Shown here in pieces: positions 1-13,086 of a stretch of DNA of 64,000 nucleotides. Position 1 is the stretch's first letter; each line of letters starts with the position of its first letter. The position numbers were made by a program, and so were the translations under genes. Origin of the DNA: Balanoglossus misakiensis (Eukaryota; Animalia; Hemichordata); NCBI GenBank assembly GCA_040954595.2, contig CM082581.2, positions 2,348,699 through 2,412,698 on the forward strand, read 5' to 3'. Under the pieces are notes generated by a model. The model saw only the letters and a program-made list of their open reading frames with translations, ran no database searches and was not told the origin of the DNA.

Positions 1-59
1 GGAAGCAAGTAAAAGGGGATGCTGAGGATAATCACCCAACTAATCAGCAACGGGGAAAA

Positions 60-1525
60 GTGTTCTTTGAAGAAAAATATATCCATGATGTTATGACAAA
101 TAAAGACACAAAATACTTTTATTTTACAGCAAGGTGTAACCATAGCTACAAAAAACATGCAGAGCCACATAGACTGAAACTAAAGCTTGATCTTCTGGAT
201 GGTAATGTTGTACATGCTAACTGTACCTGTAAAGCCGGACTTGTAGGCTACTGTAATCATACCCTTGCATTATTATTTCTGATTTCACAATGCTCTTTAT
301 TTGATTTAGAGGATGTTCAAGAGTTTGTAAATATTCACTCAAACATTACTTCTCCAACCTCTAGATTACAAGTGTGGCACCATAGAAACAGAGGTTTGGG
401 GGTTTTGCCAGAACCTGTTACAAGTTTGGCCATTCGCAAAGTTAAAGTTGATAGTGGTGAGTCAAAATATGCTGTGACTTCAGCATTGTATGATGCCAGA
501 AGAAATCCAAATCATGACAACAGTGCTGAAAAAAGTTCAGAGAAAGTCTGAACCAAAAAAATCCACTGTTTGGGTTTGCGCAGTGCCAGGTCATGCCTGA
601 TGTATCATTAGTTGATACCAAATTTGGTAAAGTGCCAAATGGCTCAATTTTAAGCTATCAAACACGACACACAGAGTGTAGTTATTCTGTCTTTTGTGAC
701 ATATCATCAGTACCAAGACTGCCATCTTATAATTTGTTAATAGATTTAAATTCTTTTCCTAATTTACCATACAAAGAAACCCCTATATATGACATTAAAA
801 TTAACAATGAACAGGAACATGCATGGTTTCAATCAATCAAATGTAACAAAGACAGAGCAAATATGATTGAAGCAGAGACAAGAAAGCAGTCTGTCAGTGA
901 TAAGTGGTTTCTGTATAGAAAACCAAGGCTGACTGCATCAAATTTTCACGATGTATGTATAACAAAAAGAAATCACGATGCCCTGTGTAATAGCTTATTT
1001 AATTCTGAAAGTTTTACAAGCAGATATACTGATCATGGCAAAAAATATGAAAGTGAGGGGTTGATAAAATATGCCAAATACATGAATGACACAGATAATT
1101 ATGTATCTCTACACAAATGTGGTCTAGTTATAAACCCCTCGTATTGTTTTCTTGGTGGTACACCGGATTCGAAAGTGGTCGATAGAAAATCATCTGAGCC
1201 ATATGGTATTGTAGAAGTTAAATGCCCAGAAACAAAGAAAAATGTCACTCCGTTGGATGCATGCCTTGATCCAACATTTTATTGTTATGATGACAATGGG
1301 CAACCAAGGTTGAAAGTTTATCACAGATATTATCAGCAAATTCAGGGACAAATGGCAGTGTGTGGGCTGACTTGGTGCGATTTTGTTATATATACATTTA
1401 AAGGGCTCAGCATTGAGAGAATCATATTTGACAGTGTATATTGGCAAGAAATGTTGACAAAACTGGATGTTTTTTTTACCGAACATTACATGCCATTTAT
1501 CGTGACGAGAGAACAAAGTGCTTAA
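60..1525 (+). pseudogene. SWIM zinc finger + YqaJ/lambda-exonuclease-like nuclease, frameshifted near 550
   Basis: SWIM motif CTCKAGLVGYCNH; YqaJ motifs TRKQSVSDKWFLYRKPRLTASNF, HGKKYE, LGGTPD, EVKCP, YYQQIQGQMAVCG..WCDF. Confidence 0.85.
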
Positions 1526-1686
1526 CCATATTTTTATTGAATGTAGTTGATAAATGTAGTTGATGTTTTAAAAGATGTAAAATGCGTGCATGGTTGAAAT
1601 GCAAATAAAAGACATATTCATCAATTTAATATTTTATTTTATTATTCACATTACAGCTGTGCCACATCAAAGAACAGACAAAATCC

Positions 1687-3325
1687 TCATGCACTTATTA
1701 TAGGATTCTGTACATTACACAATAGTGCACTTACAGTCCACATTTCATTTACAATATTAAAAAGTGATATAGGGACAACTCTGTCCCAGATATGAAAATT
1801 CTTAACTTTATTAATTGCCCTTTCTACATGTATGCGCTCAGCAGCAATTTTTTGTGTTTCTATAACATCTTCTGCACTCATTCGGTCACGTTTCTCTAGA
1901 AATGGTGGAATATTCAGAGACACACCTATAGGCCTCAAGAGGTCAGCTATGGTGAATCCCTTGTCTGCCATTACAGAGTCACCGTGGTCAAATGGCATAT
2001 CCAGTAACCCTGATCTACATTCAATTTCTCTGTCAGATATGGAGCCAGTATATAAACTGCTGACAAATGTTACAGCTCCACTTGGAGCTATGCCTATTAG
2101 CCCCTTAAGTGTTACATGGTTTTTGTAATTAGACAATAATTGTGAATGTAAAATCAATGAACTGGGCATTTCCACCCTAACTTCTGAACAATCAATTATG
2201 ATGCGGGTACTTGGGTACTTCACTGTAAATGATGCAGGCATGTTTCTTGTGATACTGGCTTTGTCTTGCCAAATATTAAGGTGACCCAGTTTCAAGTAAA
2301 GGTAATTTATCCAAGTTATAAATATTCTGCTTACAGTTGACATTGAAATGTTAAACAGAAATGCCAGGTGACGCTCAAAGAAACCCTGCCTTAAAGGACA
2401 CAAAGTAAGAAGAAATTCATCAATTGGCCGTAGGGTCCGAGGGCGACCCATTTTCTTGTCTGCTTGGCTTTTATCAGTATCATGTAATTTATTTGTTGAA
2501 TTCCAGTAGTTAATATTTTCTCCCACTTTACCAGGGTCAATAAATTCAAAGACATCCATTAACGCCAGAAAATTTGGAAATCCTGTATAAGATGAAATTA
2601 CCTCATCACTCTCTTTCATATTTTCAATGTTGAATTGATTACTTTTCAAATTCTTTATTTCTAAATCCTTTTTAATTAAATCCTCCCTCAATAGTTTTAC
2701 TTTTTCTTTAAGCATTTCAATGGTTTTTGCATTTGAAAACTCTACATCAGCAATTTTGTCTCTGGTTTTCAAAAGTAAGTCTTTCAATTTTTTCAAGGAG
2801 TTGCTGTTCATTCCTATGATTTCCAGATGAGATGCCCAGATGTGATTGGTCAACTTCATGACACCCAAGTGTCTGTTGATGAAGTACTTCAGTGCTTCCC
2901 AGCTGACATCTCTCGTGAAGGTCTCCTGTGGCGGAATCACTTACAGTAGACAATTTACCACTTGGATGCATGCTGTGATTTTCATTTACCTCCATCAAAG
3001 TATTTTTCTGTGGTGCTGTTCTTGGTGTTTGTAACTTTCGTGCTTGTTTTGTGGATGTCCATTTGAACTGTGATGGTACAGCATTCGGTTTGAGAAAATA
3101 TTTATTGGCAAGGGTTCTTGATATGTCCTCATCTGTGAAATGCCTTGAGCAAACCTTTGTGTGATGTGTTATTTTGAAAAATTTTCCTTCATCCCTCTTG
3201 ATTTTTGTTATCCATTGTTTTCTTCGCATTTTATCGTTTGGAAAAGAAAAAAAGGAAATTTTCTCCCCATTCTCTCCTCTGTACCCAGCTCTTGTACAGA
3301 ACGGTACACAACAGTTATGAACCAT
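1687..3325 (-). pseudogene. THAP + HTH_Tnp_4 + DDE_Tnp_4 transposase, frameshifted near 2900
   Basis: THAP CCVPFC...FFSFP...W...VCSRHF...AVPS; YTGFP; IIDCSE; GSISD; MADKGF; RIHVERAINKVKNF. Confidence 0.88.
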
Positions 3326-3929
3326 GACTGAAAAAAAAAACATTCATTCCATTGAACATGAGCAGTTATCAAAAATTATCATAGAGATCACGGTCACCTT
3401 TTTAGTACTAGTGTACAATCTGACAGTTTTATATTCACAGTCCCTTCGAAACTTTTATTCAGTACTGAAAATGCATACCACAATATCACATTATGGCATA
3501 ATGCCACCTTGAGACTAAATAGTACCACAAATTATAGTTTTATTTACTGTATATCGACTTTTATTTTTTTTTCCGCTGAGTCGATCGAAGTAACAGTTAC
3601 ACTAAAACCCAAGTAACCGTATCGCGTGCTCTTTTTCGGTCGCTCCAAAAAAAATTTTGAGATCGCAAAAATTGAAAGAAATTCACACTTTTTTTGCTAT
3701 AATATCTCAGAAGCTAAACAAGAAGGTGCTTAAAATATGACTGAAAACAAAAATACAGCTGCGAATTCGAGAAATTCTTACCTTGAAAAAATTTATCGGC
3801 ATCGCCACTTCCGTCAACAAACCGCTGAGCCTGTGTTTACGAGCTGTCATCAACTCATCAGGGGCGTACACCCAGTGGCCTCGCTTTGAGGTCAAATTCA
3901 TGATAGCCACAAGAGGGCGCTAGACTTAT

Positions 3930-6060
3930 GAAACCCGTGTATGATTTGACTGCATTGATTTCTTCATGTAAAAGGCCCGTCCTTAAAACAACCCATGAAA
4001 ATATTCCCTCATGATCTTCTGATAAAATTTTCCGAATAATTACATATGGCAAGCCATCACACCTGATTATAACCCATTCCATATATGTACAATAATCTCC
4101 ACTGCCCTCGTCATAATTAAAATATTGTTTGATTTTTGCAAGTTTACCAATGTGATTAAGAATTTCTTTCACTGATTTGAAACAATTAGGATTTATAAAA
4201 ATAGGAGACATAACATAAATATTTGCTTTATTTGCTTGTTTTGGGGGCTTTTTAACAATTCTGGAAGTTTACTTTCCCATGTGAGCAACCTTTACTTCAC
4301 CAACACACTCATGCAAAATGGTTCCCTTCGAATGCCACAACCTCGACACTTAGCAATTCTCGATTTGCCCTTCGTGTGGGTGAAACCACACTTGGGGCAA
4401 ATCTCGACGCTGTCAGTCTGTTGTTTTTGTTGTAAGTATGTGTCAATAGAGTCAGTCTGTGGTGCATTTTCTACATTGATAGTGGCTACAGAAGATAAAA
4501 TTAAATCATCAACATAAGAAGCAATGGACTCTTTGACAACTGAATCAAACTCATCATACTTGCTGCCCTCTGTATTGGAAACATCTGTCTCTGAAACCTT
4601 CTGCCACTGACTTGGCTTCAACCCAGAATCATATTGCAGTGATGATTCTGGGTCCAGCTGAGAAGCAATAATGTTAGTAAAATATCCAAAGTAACTGAAT
4701 TACCATTTCTGTTAAAGGGGAAATCCGCTGTAGCTGATTTCTACATAATTTGGTAGCTTTGATGTCTCTCTTTCAGAAAAAAACATATTCGCCATGTATA
4801 GGTCGCGTGATTTTTTACAAAATCTAGGGAAAGTTGGCAAAATTTCCAATATGGCGTTTACTGTAATTTGAATCATGGGAAAAAAAGCGCCAGGACCAAC
4901 TTCCGCCCACCATGGTGTGGGTGATACCATTCTCCGATTGGTGTCACTGGGCGACAGACTAGGCGTATTTTCATAGCTATTGTTCGTTCTTTGCATCAGT
5001 TGATAAACAATCATCAGCAACGTCGAAAATTTGTCATCTATTGACAGTTTTCATGAGCTATAACCCAAGAAAAATATGCAAATACGCCTAGCTTGTGACA
5101 CAGTGACACCAATCGGAAAATGGTATCACCCACACCAAGGTGGGCGGAAGTTGGTCCTGGCGCTTTTTTTCCCATGATTCAAATTACAGTAAACGCCATA
5201 TTGGAAATTCTGCCAACTTTCCCTAGATTTTGTAAAAAATCGTGCGACCTATACATGGCGAATATGTTTTTTTCTGAAAGAGAGACATCAAAGCTACCAA
5301 ATTATGTAGAAATCAGCTACAGCGGATTTCCCCTTTAATGTAATTTTTAGAAAGATGTTGTTCATTATCAAAAGAAAATTCAACTCACCCCTCAGGTGCA
5401 TCTGGAAAATCAAAATTACCTTTGAAAAGAATATTGTTAATGACATCATAACATGGGCCTGCTGTTACGTGGCCCATGAGATCAACTGCCAGGCGACTTC
5501 TGGTCAAACTAAATAAAATAACTTGAATTGCAGAAATAAAACTACTCACAAACTTAGGATTCCTGGCAGTATAAAGAAGTTCAACGGCATGGGCAAGATA
5601 TTGAGTGTTATTTTGGATTCCAGTATTTGGCATACAAATCTCCTCAAGAAGGAAACCAAGACAAGATTCCATTATGACAATAGATAAGGTAAATCTATGT
5701 CTGATAAATTTTGAACAGACTACCTGTCTTGGTTTTGGCAGAGGAGATCTGCATGCCTGTAAATTTCTAAATTTTCTAATTTCCCAATTTCCCTTACAGC
5801 TTCCACCCTCTCTTCCCTTGTATTAACCTCCCCCCCGATTTCCCTTTTCAGTCTCTCAATTTCTTCCTCCAACTCTTTTATTTTCTCTTTGTCCTGAAAA
5901 TAAAATAAAATACACATGTTATTCAGAAATGCCATTTTGATCATTTCAAGGCCCAAACTGACAGCATTTTCTTTGCATTGATTGTAGACCATTTCAATTA
6001 CCTTGCTTCTGTCTTTCTCTTCGCCAGTCTTCTTTTGATTTTTTTTTCATGTTCACACTC
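3930..6060 (-). pseudogene. Degraded Academ/DUF6589-like transposase-related gene
   Basis: Minus-strand fragments FDNEQ (~5365), CPKC...CRGC zinc finger, CDGLPY and LRTGLLHEEINAVKS. Broken by stops, frameshifts and the MITE at 4716-5334. Family assignment is from motif recall only. Confidence 0.45.
4716..5334. mobile_element. Kolobok-type non-autonomous MITE with ~250 bp TIRs and TTAA TSD
   Basis: TTAA at 4712-4715 and 5335-5338. Termini AGGGGAAATCCGCTG / CAGCGGATTTCCCCT. Purine-purine termini with a TTAA TSD fit Kolobok better than piggyBac. Confidence 0.85.
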
Positions 6061-6220
6061 CTCAAATAAATGCAACAGTTTTAAAACATTAAATTATTAT
6101 TCGCTCATGTAAGTAAGACCAGTAGAACAATTTTAATTAATTCTGAATAGAAAAAAATTGTTACTGACAACTGGACAAAAAACTACTTAATCTGTAGTGT
6201 ATTATTTGAACATGATTACC

Positions 6221-6369
6221 TTTATTTTATTTTCATCCAAATCAAGTCACAACAAACTGTCCTTGTAACTTTTATACTCATGTGTATCACTACAATTTCA
6301 TTTAATCTCTATATTATAAAAGTACAAGGAGAGTTTGTTGTGACTTGATTTGGATGAAAATAAAATAAA
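6221..6369. repeat. Inverted repeat, ~55 bp arms, ~40 bp loop
   Basis: tttattttattttcatccaaatcaagtcacaacaaact... mirrored by ...agtttgttgtgacttgatttggatgaaaataaaataaa. Confidence 0.8.
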
Positions 6370-6706
6370 CATCTTCGACAAAGCTTCAAAAATTAAGCTT
6401 GTTTAAAGGTTTGTTTAGTAAAGCATTGTTGAATTTTTTTCACCAAGCTTTGAAGACGCTTGGCCAAAGATTGGAATTATAAGGTTTCTCAAAGGTCAGT
6501 ACAGCTTAGGTTCAACTAAGGCTAGTAATAAGAAGCTTCAGCGAAGGTTGGCACACGACACGACCCCTTCAGCAAAGGTCGGCACGCAAACTCTTGTAGC
6601 AAGCTTCAGCACAAAGCTTTTTGCAACATTGTTCCAAGCTTAGTCCAAGGTACTGCACAATCGCGTGAGTAGAAGGTGCCAAATACAGGCGTTGCATGTA
6701 TGATAA

Positions 6707-8763
6707 GGCTGGGCAAATTCAAAATTATGTTTGACGTCAGCGCGCGCCTAGGTTTACGAGAAATTTCGCAAATACAAACAAATATGCAAATGAGGTCGAA
6801 CGGGGTCATTGATGTCATATGTCTGTTCGTCTCACTGTGTCCTATCGACCGTGGTTGTTGCATGACGAGAACGTGTCGTCTGTAGGTTTCAAAGTCGCCT
6901 GTGGGTAAAATTGGAGAAAGATGGCAAAAGATGTTCATAAAACGAGAGTACGCGAAATTATAAGTTGCAGAGTTACACAGAACAAGAAGGTGGCAATAGA
7001 TTGGTATGCCTTCGAAGTCAGTCCAAATGACAGCTTCGCTGCGCTGTACAAAGGGCTAGTTCTCCTTAGTCAGACTAAACACGATCGGTTCAAAACAAAA
7101 ATTGCAAAAGATGGCAGAACGTCTTGTTACCTGTTACAGTCGGAAAAATGTGGTGAAGGTGAGAAGATAGAGGTGTGTCCACGATTGTCTATCGCAAAAA
7201 CGTGTGATCGGTTCCACAAGTATTACATTCTTTTTGATGTAAAATCAAAAGGAGACGAAAATACCAACGCTGACGTAGTGCAAACTCAGAAAGATGTTTA
7301 TAGACCAGTCAGAATTATGGAGGTACCTCCATGGTCAGAATGAAAGGTGATTTCAAGGCTGTCCATGTGATCCAAGGTTAGTAAAACATTATTTTATTTA
7401 CAATTTTGTTGTATGTCAGTGAATAAATGTTGTGTATGACCATACTGCAGCCCAGAACAAGTTGTCTGAGCCAATTTGTTGCATTCCACATATAGACTGA
7501 AAACAAATTTGCTAAAATAAATTTTGTTTGAGTAGAATTACAAACTCTGATTTTTGTATCATTTAGTAGCACAGAACTTGGCACTATTCTGTTATAACTC
7601 TACAGCTTTGCCTTCTGTAGTGTTGGCCTAAGTAAGTACAGTTTATGCTGTAGTACCTGTAAAGTCATGTAAACATCCATTTAATTTATACTTTTTTCTT
7701 TGCAAAAGATCCTGTTCCGGATGAAAGTGGGGACCACTTTGAAAGGTTTACAGAAGTCCAAGGCAGACCAACACGTGAAATTAATTGCCCCAGCAGAAAA
7801 GGACTGGTACTTGATGCAGAAAACATCAACTTCAGGCTGAGTGGTGAAAAGTTGGAGCTGTGGACTGGTGCCCTGCATAGATTGCAAAAAGCCCGGGTAT
7901 GGTAAAGCATTGTATACAGTACTATATTGGACATTTTAATATCCATTGTAAATTGGATATTCCTTTCTCATTTGTCAATTTACCACACTGCAAGCCATAC
8001 AATGTAGTAAATAATGTGTATTGTGAAAAAGTGAAGAGAAAGGGACTGAACCTCGTACACTGAGACATTAACAGTGTCTTGTTATGTGTTTTCTATGTAT
8101 ATGTACATGTATATTAAAAAATTAATACAACTAAGACTTCTCTGTTTTTTATTTCTCTTTGATAGGTGTATTTATCTGCAAAGAGGCTTGATTCACAGCA
8201 AAAAAAACAGCAACTTCAGGTATTCCTAGATGATGGTCTTTATACCTGTGGCGGGGTACTAGTAAAACCAAGTCATCCTCTCTATGGAACGTGTGTTGTG
8301 AGCCAGAATCAGAGTTAAATTTGTTAAATTTTCAACTGTTAAATTTTCAACAGTTCCACTTCGCCAGAAAATGTTGTGTTTTGACTGTTTTCATGAGCAA
8401 GTTGTACAGAACTGATGGACTTCATCAAATGGAAATTGTGACTGTCAAAATGTTTGGCTGAAACTTTTTTCAATAAAATTGTTCAACTGATATATGCGTA
8501 TGTGCATTAATATTGAATTTACTGTTTACTCAGTATCTTTGAACGTGACACTGTTAACGTCTGTGGAATAATTTAGATGTAAAATATGTTTAAAGTTTAA
8601 GGACAAGGGTTTTCTTCAATGGATATTTGCTTTCAATTTAATAATATCTCATTTGAATATTTTGGAATATATAATTAGTTTGTTTTGTTGACCACCCCCC
8701 CCCCCCCTCATAGGTTTTAGGGTCTTGGGGTGACGTCAAACATAGTTTTGAATTTGCGCAGCC
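6707..8763 (+). mobile_element. Internally deleted TIR DNA transposon with TAA TSD (Zator-like; Harbinger not excluded)
   Basis: TIR GGCTG[G/C]GCAAATTCAAAA[T/C]TATGTTTGACGTCA at both ends; TAA at 6704-6706 and 8764-8766. Remnant exons: ORF 6921-7343, DPVPDESGDHF..F.EV.G near 7710, YTCGG near 8245. Confidence 0.8.
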
Positions 8764-9285
8764 TAATAGAGAGGTTCGTTATACGCGAACGTGAACGCGC
8801 AACGTCACGAATTTCTGTTATGACGTCATCAAGTTTTGTGTAAAGTTTGACGTTCACATAAAAGACTTCACGTTTTTACATGGAGATAGATGTTTTCACG
8901 TTAGTTGCGAACGTGAAAAGTTATTCTCATTTTGGGCAACAAAAATTCATATTATCTACGAAATATGTGTATGCCTTGTTAGCTTGAAATCTCATAATGA
9001 CAAACGAAAACGCATTTATTTCTTTTTAGTCATTTTATGTGAAATTTGGTCATCAATTTGTAATGTCGCCCGACAGTTGAATCCCTAGTTGCAGTGCAGC
9101 GACGCGGAATAATGATGTACACGCTCAAAATTCGAATACAGAGTGCGCGTTCCACACAAACAGACGTTGACGTAAAGCCAAATTCTTTTCCATAGAGAGG
9201 TTTAGTTACACGTAAATACGCGTAGGTCTGATGGCAGGCAGTGGCGTTCGCGTATGCGTAGTGACGCGTGAATTTTGCAGTTTAG

Positions 9286-11122
9286 TTGTCCGTTTTGAAC
9301 AGCTCGTCTCCGATCTTCTCGACAACAATGTGTTTTACTACTCAGATAATGAAACAGCACGGCAACAAATCCTGTATGTGGTGGGACGTTTATCAACAAG
9401 ACGCAAATGGTCCAAATCCTCAAGGTCAAAACGAAACGACAACAACACCGGTGCCGCCAATAACACCAAGTCACGCGAACGGCAGCAGTAACAACAACAA
9501 TGACATCAACGACAGGTACGGAAATTGTCAAGTTTCAAATGAAGAAATGGTTGATTTCGTTAGGCACCAAATCCCAAAGAACATAATCAGAAAACACCGA
9601 ACTGACATGAACCAGCTTCAAACTTGGCTTAATTTGACCCAGTCAGAGTATCGTGAAGTCCATCTTATCCCACCACACGAACTGGACCAACTACTGAGCA
9701 AATACCAGAAAACGAGATTGAACTGAATATGTAGCCCGGAGACCAGGGCGTCGAAAAGAAACGCCTGGTGACAGTCTCTATTTACGCACAGAATTTTGTG
9801 CGCAGAACGACACGGGCGGTAAATCTTGCATGTAAGCTAATTGGTCACTCAATGTAAACCAAATGACACCATCGCATTCTAAATAAGAAAATAGAGGCGT
9901 GAAATTCCCGCGATGGGATGTGGGAGTGGTTTTGAAGGAGTATGAATATTCATAACCAAGCTTTGTTAATTATATCATCCAACCACTGGCGCCCGTCAAC
10001 ATTTGATAGATCACTCGTTATCCATTCGTTACTAAGCGACCCTGATCGTAGCCGGGGCTACTATCTTTCAGCTCAGCATGACATTGCTCGACTGTCCCCG
10101 GGCGTTGTATTTTAGATCGACGCCCTGGTCTCCGGGCTACTGAATATGAGCCAGCGACAATGCACAGTTTCCTGAATTCAATCGACCGACTATTACGTGA
10201 AAATAAATATCAGTGGAATATTAAAACGGATGCTCTTTTCGAGGGCGCTAGACGAGTCTTCGCTGCTAAAAGAAGAACCTAAAAGCTATGGGCTAGGGCA
10301 ACGCACCCAATAAAACCGAGCCACTAACTGCCGACGACGTCGATGCACTTTACAATACTGGACAGCTTGGTATGCATCGCCCAGCAGCACTTCAGAATAC
10401 CGTGTGGTGGTTTCTAACAACCCAGTTCGGCCTACACCATGGAACTGGGTGATATTGTCGAGGGCACCGAAGTCATCGATGGCGATATCGTGAAATATAT
10501 CGAATACAACATCGAGAGACAGACAATAACAAGACAAGGAGAAAACCCACGAAACACGAGAAAAATAAAGCCCAGAATGTACGAAAATAAATCAAACCCA
10601 GAACTGTGTCCGGTTGCAGCTTTTAAGAAGTTTACCGAAATGCGTCCAACGTCAATGATGGCTGCCGTTAGTCCAGTTTACCTCGCCGTAAATCACAAAT
10701 ACAATGCATCTGACGAGAACAACTGGTACAAGAATCAGCGACTGGGCATCTACTCCCTCAGAGGCCTGATGAAAACTATGGCACAAGCGGCGAATCTTAG
10801 CAGTAAGAAAACGAACCATTCAGCTCGGACGACCCTAGTTACAGAACTGAACAACGTGGATGTACCCTCGACTCATATCATGCAACGGACAGCACACAAG
10901 AACGTCAACAGCATCACTCACTACGCCACAGTGTCACAGAAACAACAGCTAAAAATGTCCTCCATCATGAGCAACATGAAATCGGCCCCATCGTCAACTA
11001 GGCCTAACCCGCAAACGGACACAACAACTGCACAGTCATCAGATGACACCCGTAATGTTCATTCAAGTTCACTGTTTGGCCCTGGTAAAACGATAACGGG
11101 CGGTACATTCACTTCAGTATAA
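9286..11122 (+). pseudogene. Crypton (CryptonA / DUF3504-type) tyrosine recombinase
   Basis: N-terminal ELDQLL...EYEPATMHSFLNSIDRLL; ERQT.TRQG; CPV; catalytic KTNHSARTT, HIMQRTAHKN, THY. Interrupted by a MITE and by frameshifts. Confidence 0.85.
9732..10139. mobile_element. 408 bp MITE, TAG...CTA termini, 9 bp TSD (AcademH-like; MULE not excluded)
   Basis: TIR TAGCCCGGAGACCAGGGCGTCGA; TSD CTGAATATG at 9723-9731 and 10140-10148. Confidence 0.85.
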
Positions 11123-11511
11123 ATATCAACCAGCCCCTGAGATCAAACATGGGCGACAACGCATCGCAATATAAGCCAATAAGAAAACGGATTTATGTTA
11201 TAGATTCGGACAGTGACTCTGAGTGTTAAATGTTGAGTGAACTGAGTTTCATATTTAGGGGTTGCCTGTTCAAGTGTTCACACTATATTTCATATTAAAG
11301 CTAGGACTGTTATGTTTGTAAGTTCAGTATTTCGCCGTTAAGGGCCTGGTCAGAATTAACAGGGGGGAAGGCCGGTGCGATTGGGGGGGAGGGTCACCAT
11401 TTCTCATGCAACGGTTTGGGGGAGGGCCGCTACATTTTGGGCACTTGTCAAGGGGAGGGTCACTAATTTTTGTGCAAGGATGACACCGAAAATGTTTCAA
11501 AATTTGAAGTG

Positions 11512-13086
11512 TTACAGAGAAATACTGAAAAGAGACTTGCGCTCATAGGCACTCATGTATGGATATATTGACATCCCTTGTACTACAAAATACACCACAC
11601 AACTCACAAAACGTTTCTTAGCTAGCCTCCTATTTGGTTTCTTTTTACGTTTAATACTTGTGTGCTTCATGTAATGAAAAGAAAACATTTCATGTACTTT
11701 CTGCTTCCTGTCCTTCAACTTTATTTCTAACTCTTCAATTTGCTTATTCAACTCTTCAATTAAAGTTAAACATTTGGTGTTGAAATGGACGGCACACTCG
11801 TGGCCAGATTTTATTTTTCCATTTTTTGTATAGCATTGCTGGGTATCAGAAAGAAGTTTATCTTTCTCTTGTTGAAGAGATGTTTTGATTTCTCCAACTT
11901 TATGTTCATTCTGTTCTATAATTCTGCTGTGATGAGGTTTTAAAATCTCAGAAGCAAGAATGACACCAAAAGCTGCTGGGTTGTTAGTGCTTGTCACTTT
12001 CTCCACATCATTTTGGAAGCGCTCAAATTTCATTTCCAACTCGTATTGACGCCGTCCCTCTTCATGAAACTTCTTGCAGAAGTCTCTTGTGTTTTTGCTC
12101 CACTTAAAATTTGCTGAGTAAAAGTCTGGTAAGACCCGGTTCATGAAGACTGCCCGCTTTGTTTTACCATTAGGAATATAACCATATTTAGGTTGCATCC
12201 ACGGTTTCTGCTTGCTGCTCTCACCTGCACCTGACTTGGATTGGCTGGGTTGGAGAAATGACTCCTTGCTGGGAATTGGGTGTTTCAGAATGCTCCTTTT
12301 GAACCTATTGAGTCGCTTTATTTCAATAGACAGTCCTGAAATCAATAAAAATACGGATAAAAGCTAAATGACTACATACAAGTTTACATGGGTATTTTAT
12401 GCACAAGGCAAAACATCAGTCAATATCCCAATACATGATATATGATATTTGATTTATGCATTATTACAGAAAAGCCAAATTTAATTCTTAATTGTTGTCT
12501 ATCAAACGAGTATAAAAGTATAAAAGCAGCCTGCATTTATTTCTAATATCTGTTGATGCAATTTTCAGGGATATAAATTTGAAAGAAATGGTCATCTCTA
12601 CACATTGCCACTAGCTATTGCACCTGTGATTCAGAGCACTTTTTTCCATAAAAAATAATGTACAACTAAGAATAGATGCATTTTTTTAATCGGCAGATAT
12701 TCTAGATCTAAGAGGTATATAACATTTTTCAAACTGGGTAGAAATATTGTTTATATTAAACCCCAGCTACAATTTCATCTGAGTTTTAAACGCTAAAAGC
12801 TATCGTAGACGTTACGGTAGGTGTCAAAATTAAAGTTCCGGTCAAAGTTGCAGGGCGATGCATGAAAACACACACACTGCCTGTCTGATTACAGGCAGCG
12901 ACTGACTCCGCAGCCGCAGACAGAGCTGAGATGAGATGAGATTCCACACTTACCAATATCTTTAAGGTCGTCGTCATCAACATCAACTAGATGCTTTGCT
13001 TTTTGAACACCGGCGTCTAAAAAATATTGCGTGTAATTGTGCACAATGTTGCTCTCATCAGATGTTGGCTGCTCTTCCACTGCCAT
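11512..13086 (-). CDS. Two-exon accessory gene inside the Zator-like element: SAM-like N-terminus, coiled coil, basic tail
   Basis: Exon 13086-12954 (GT donor) joins in phase to exon 12335-11512 (AG acceptor), giving YTQYFLDAGVQKAKHLVDVDDDDLKDIG|LSIEIKRL. Heptad region LIEELNKQIEELEIKLKD; KRKKKPNRR. Confidence 0.6.

Larger units (their letters stand above)
1..3927. mobile_element. ISL2EU-type (PIF/Harbinger-related) DNA transposon, left end outside the window; right end provisional
   Basis: Convergent SWIM+YqaJ nuclease gene and THAP+HTH+DDE_Tnp_4 transposase gene, the ISL2EU gene pair. A minus-strand splice donor near 3781 and acceptor near 3328 extend the transposase transcript to at least 3.8 kb. 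A candidate AT target dinucleotide at 3928-3929 lies where the neighbouring gene is cut. Confidence 0.7.

Noticed and set aside
60-1525. YqaJ nuclease as evidence of a prophage or bacterial contamination
   Set aside because: It is paired with a THAP-DDE transposase as in ISL2EU, and the second copy in the window has spliceosomal introns.
3906-3920. CTCF-like motif CCACAAGAGGGCGC
   Set aside because: A single match at a probable transposon end, with no functional evidence.
4712-5338. Two ORFs encoding nearly the same peptide on opposite strands
   Set aside because: Artefact of the MITE's long TIRs.
6694-6706. 13 bp identity gcatgtatgataa with 35556-35568 as a large TSD
   Set aside because: AT-rich, with no terminal structure linking the two sites; likely chance.
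10439-11122. Host ZMYM/KCTD1/QRICH1-type gene
   Set aside because: It is intronless, disrupted, retains YR catalytic residues and lacks MYM or BTB domains, so a Crypton fits better.
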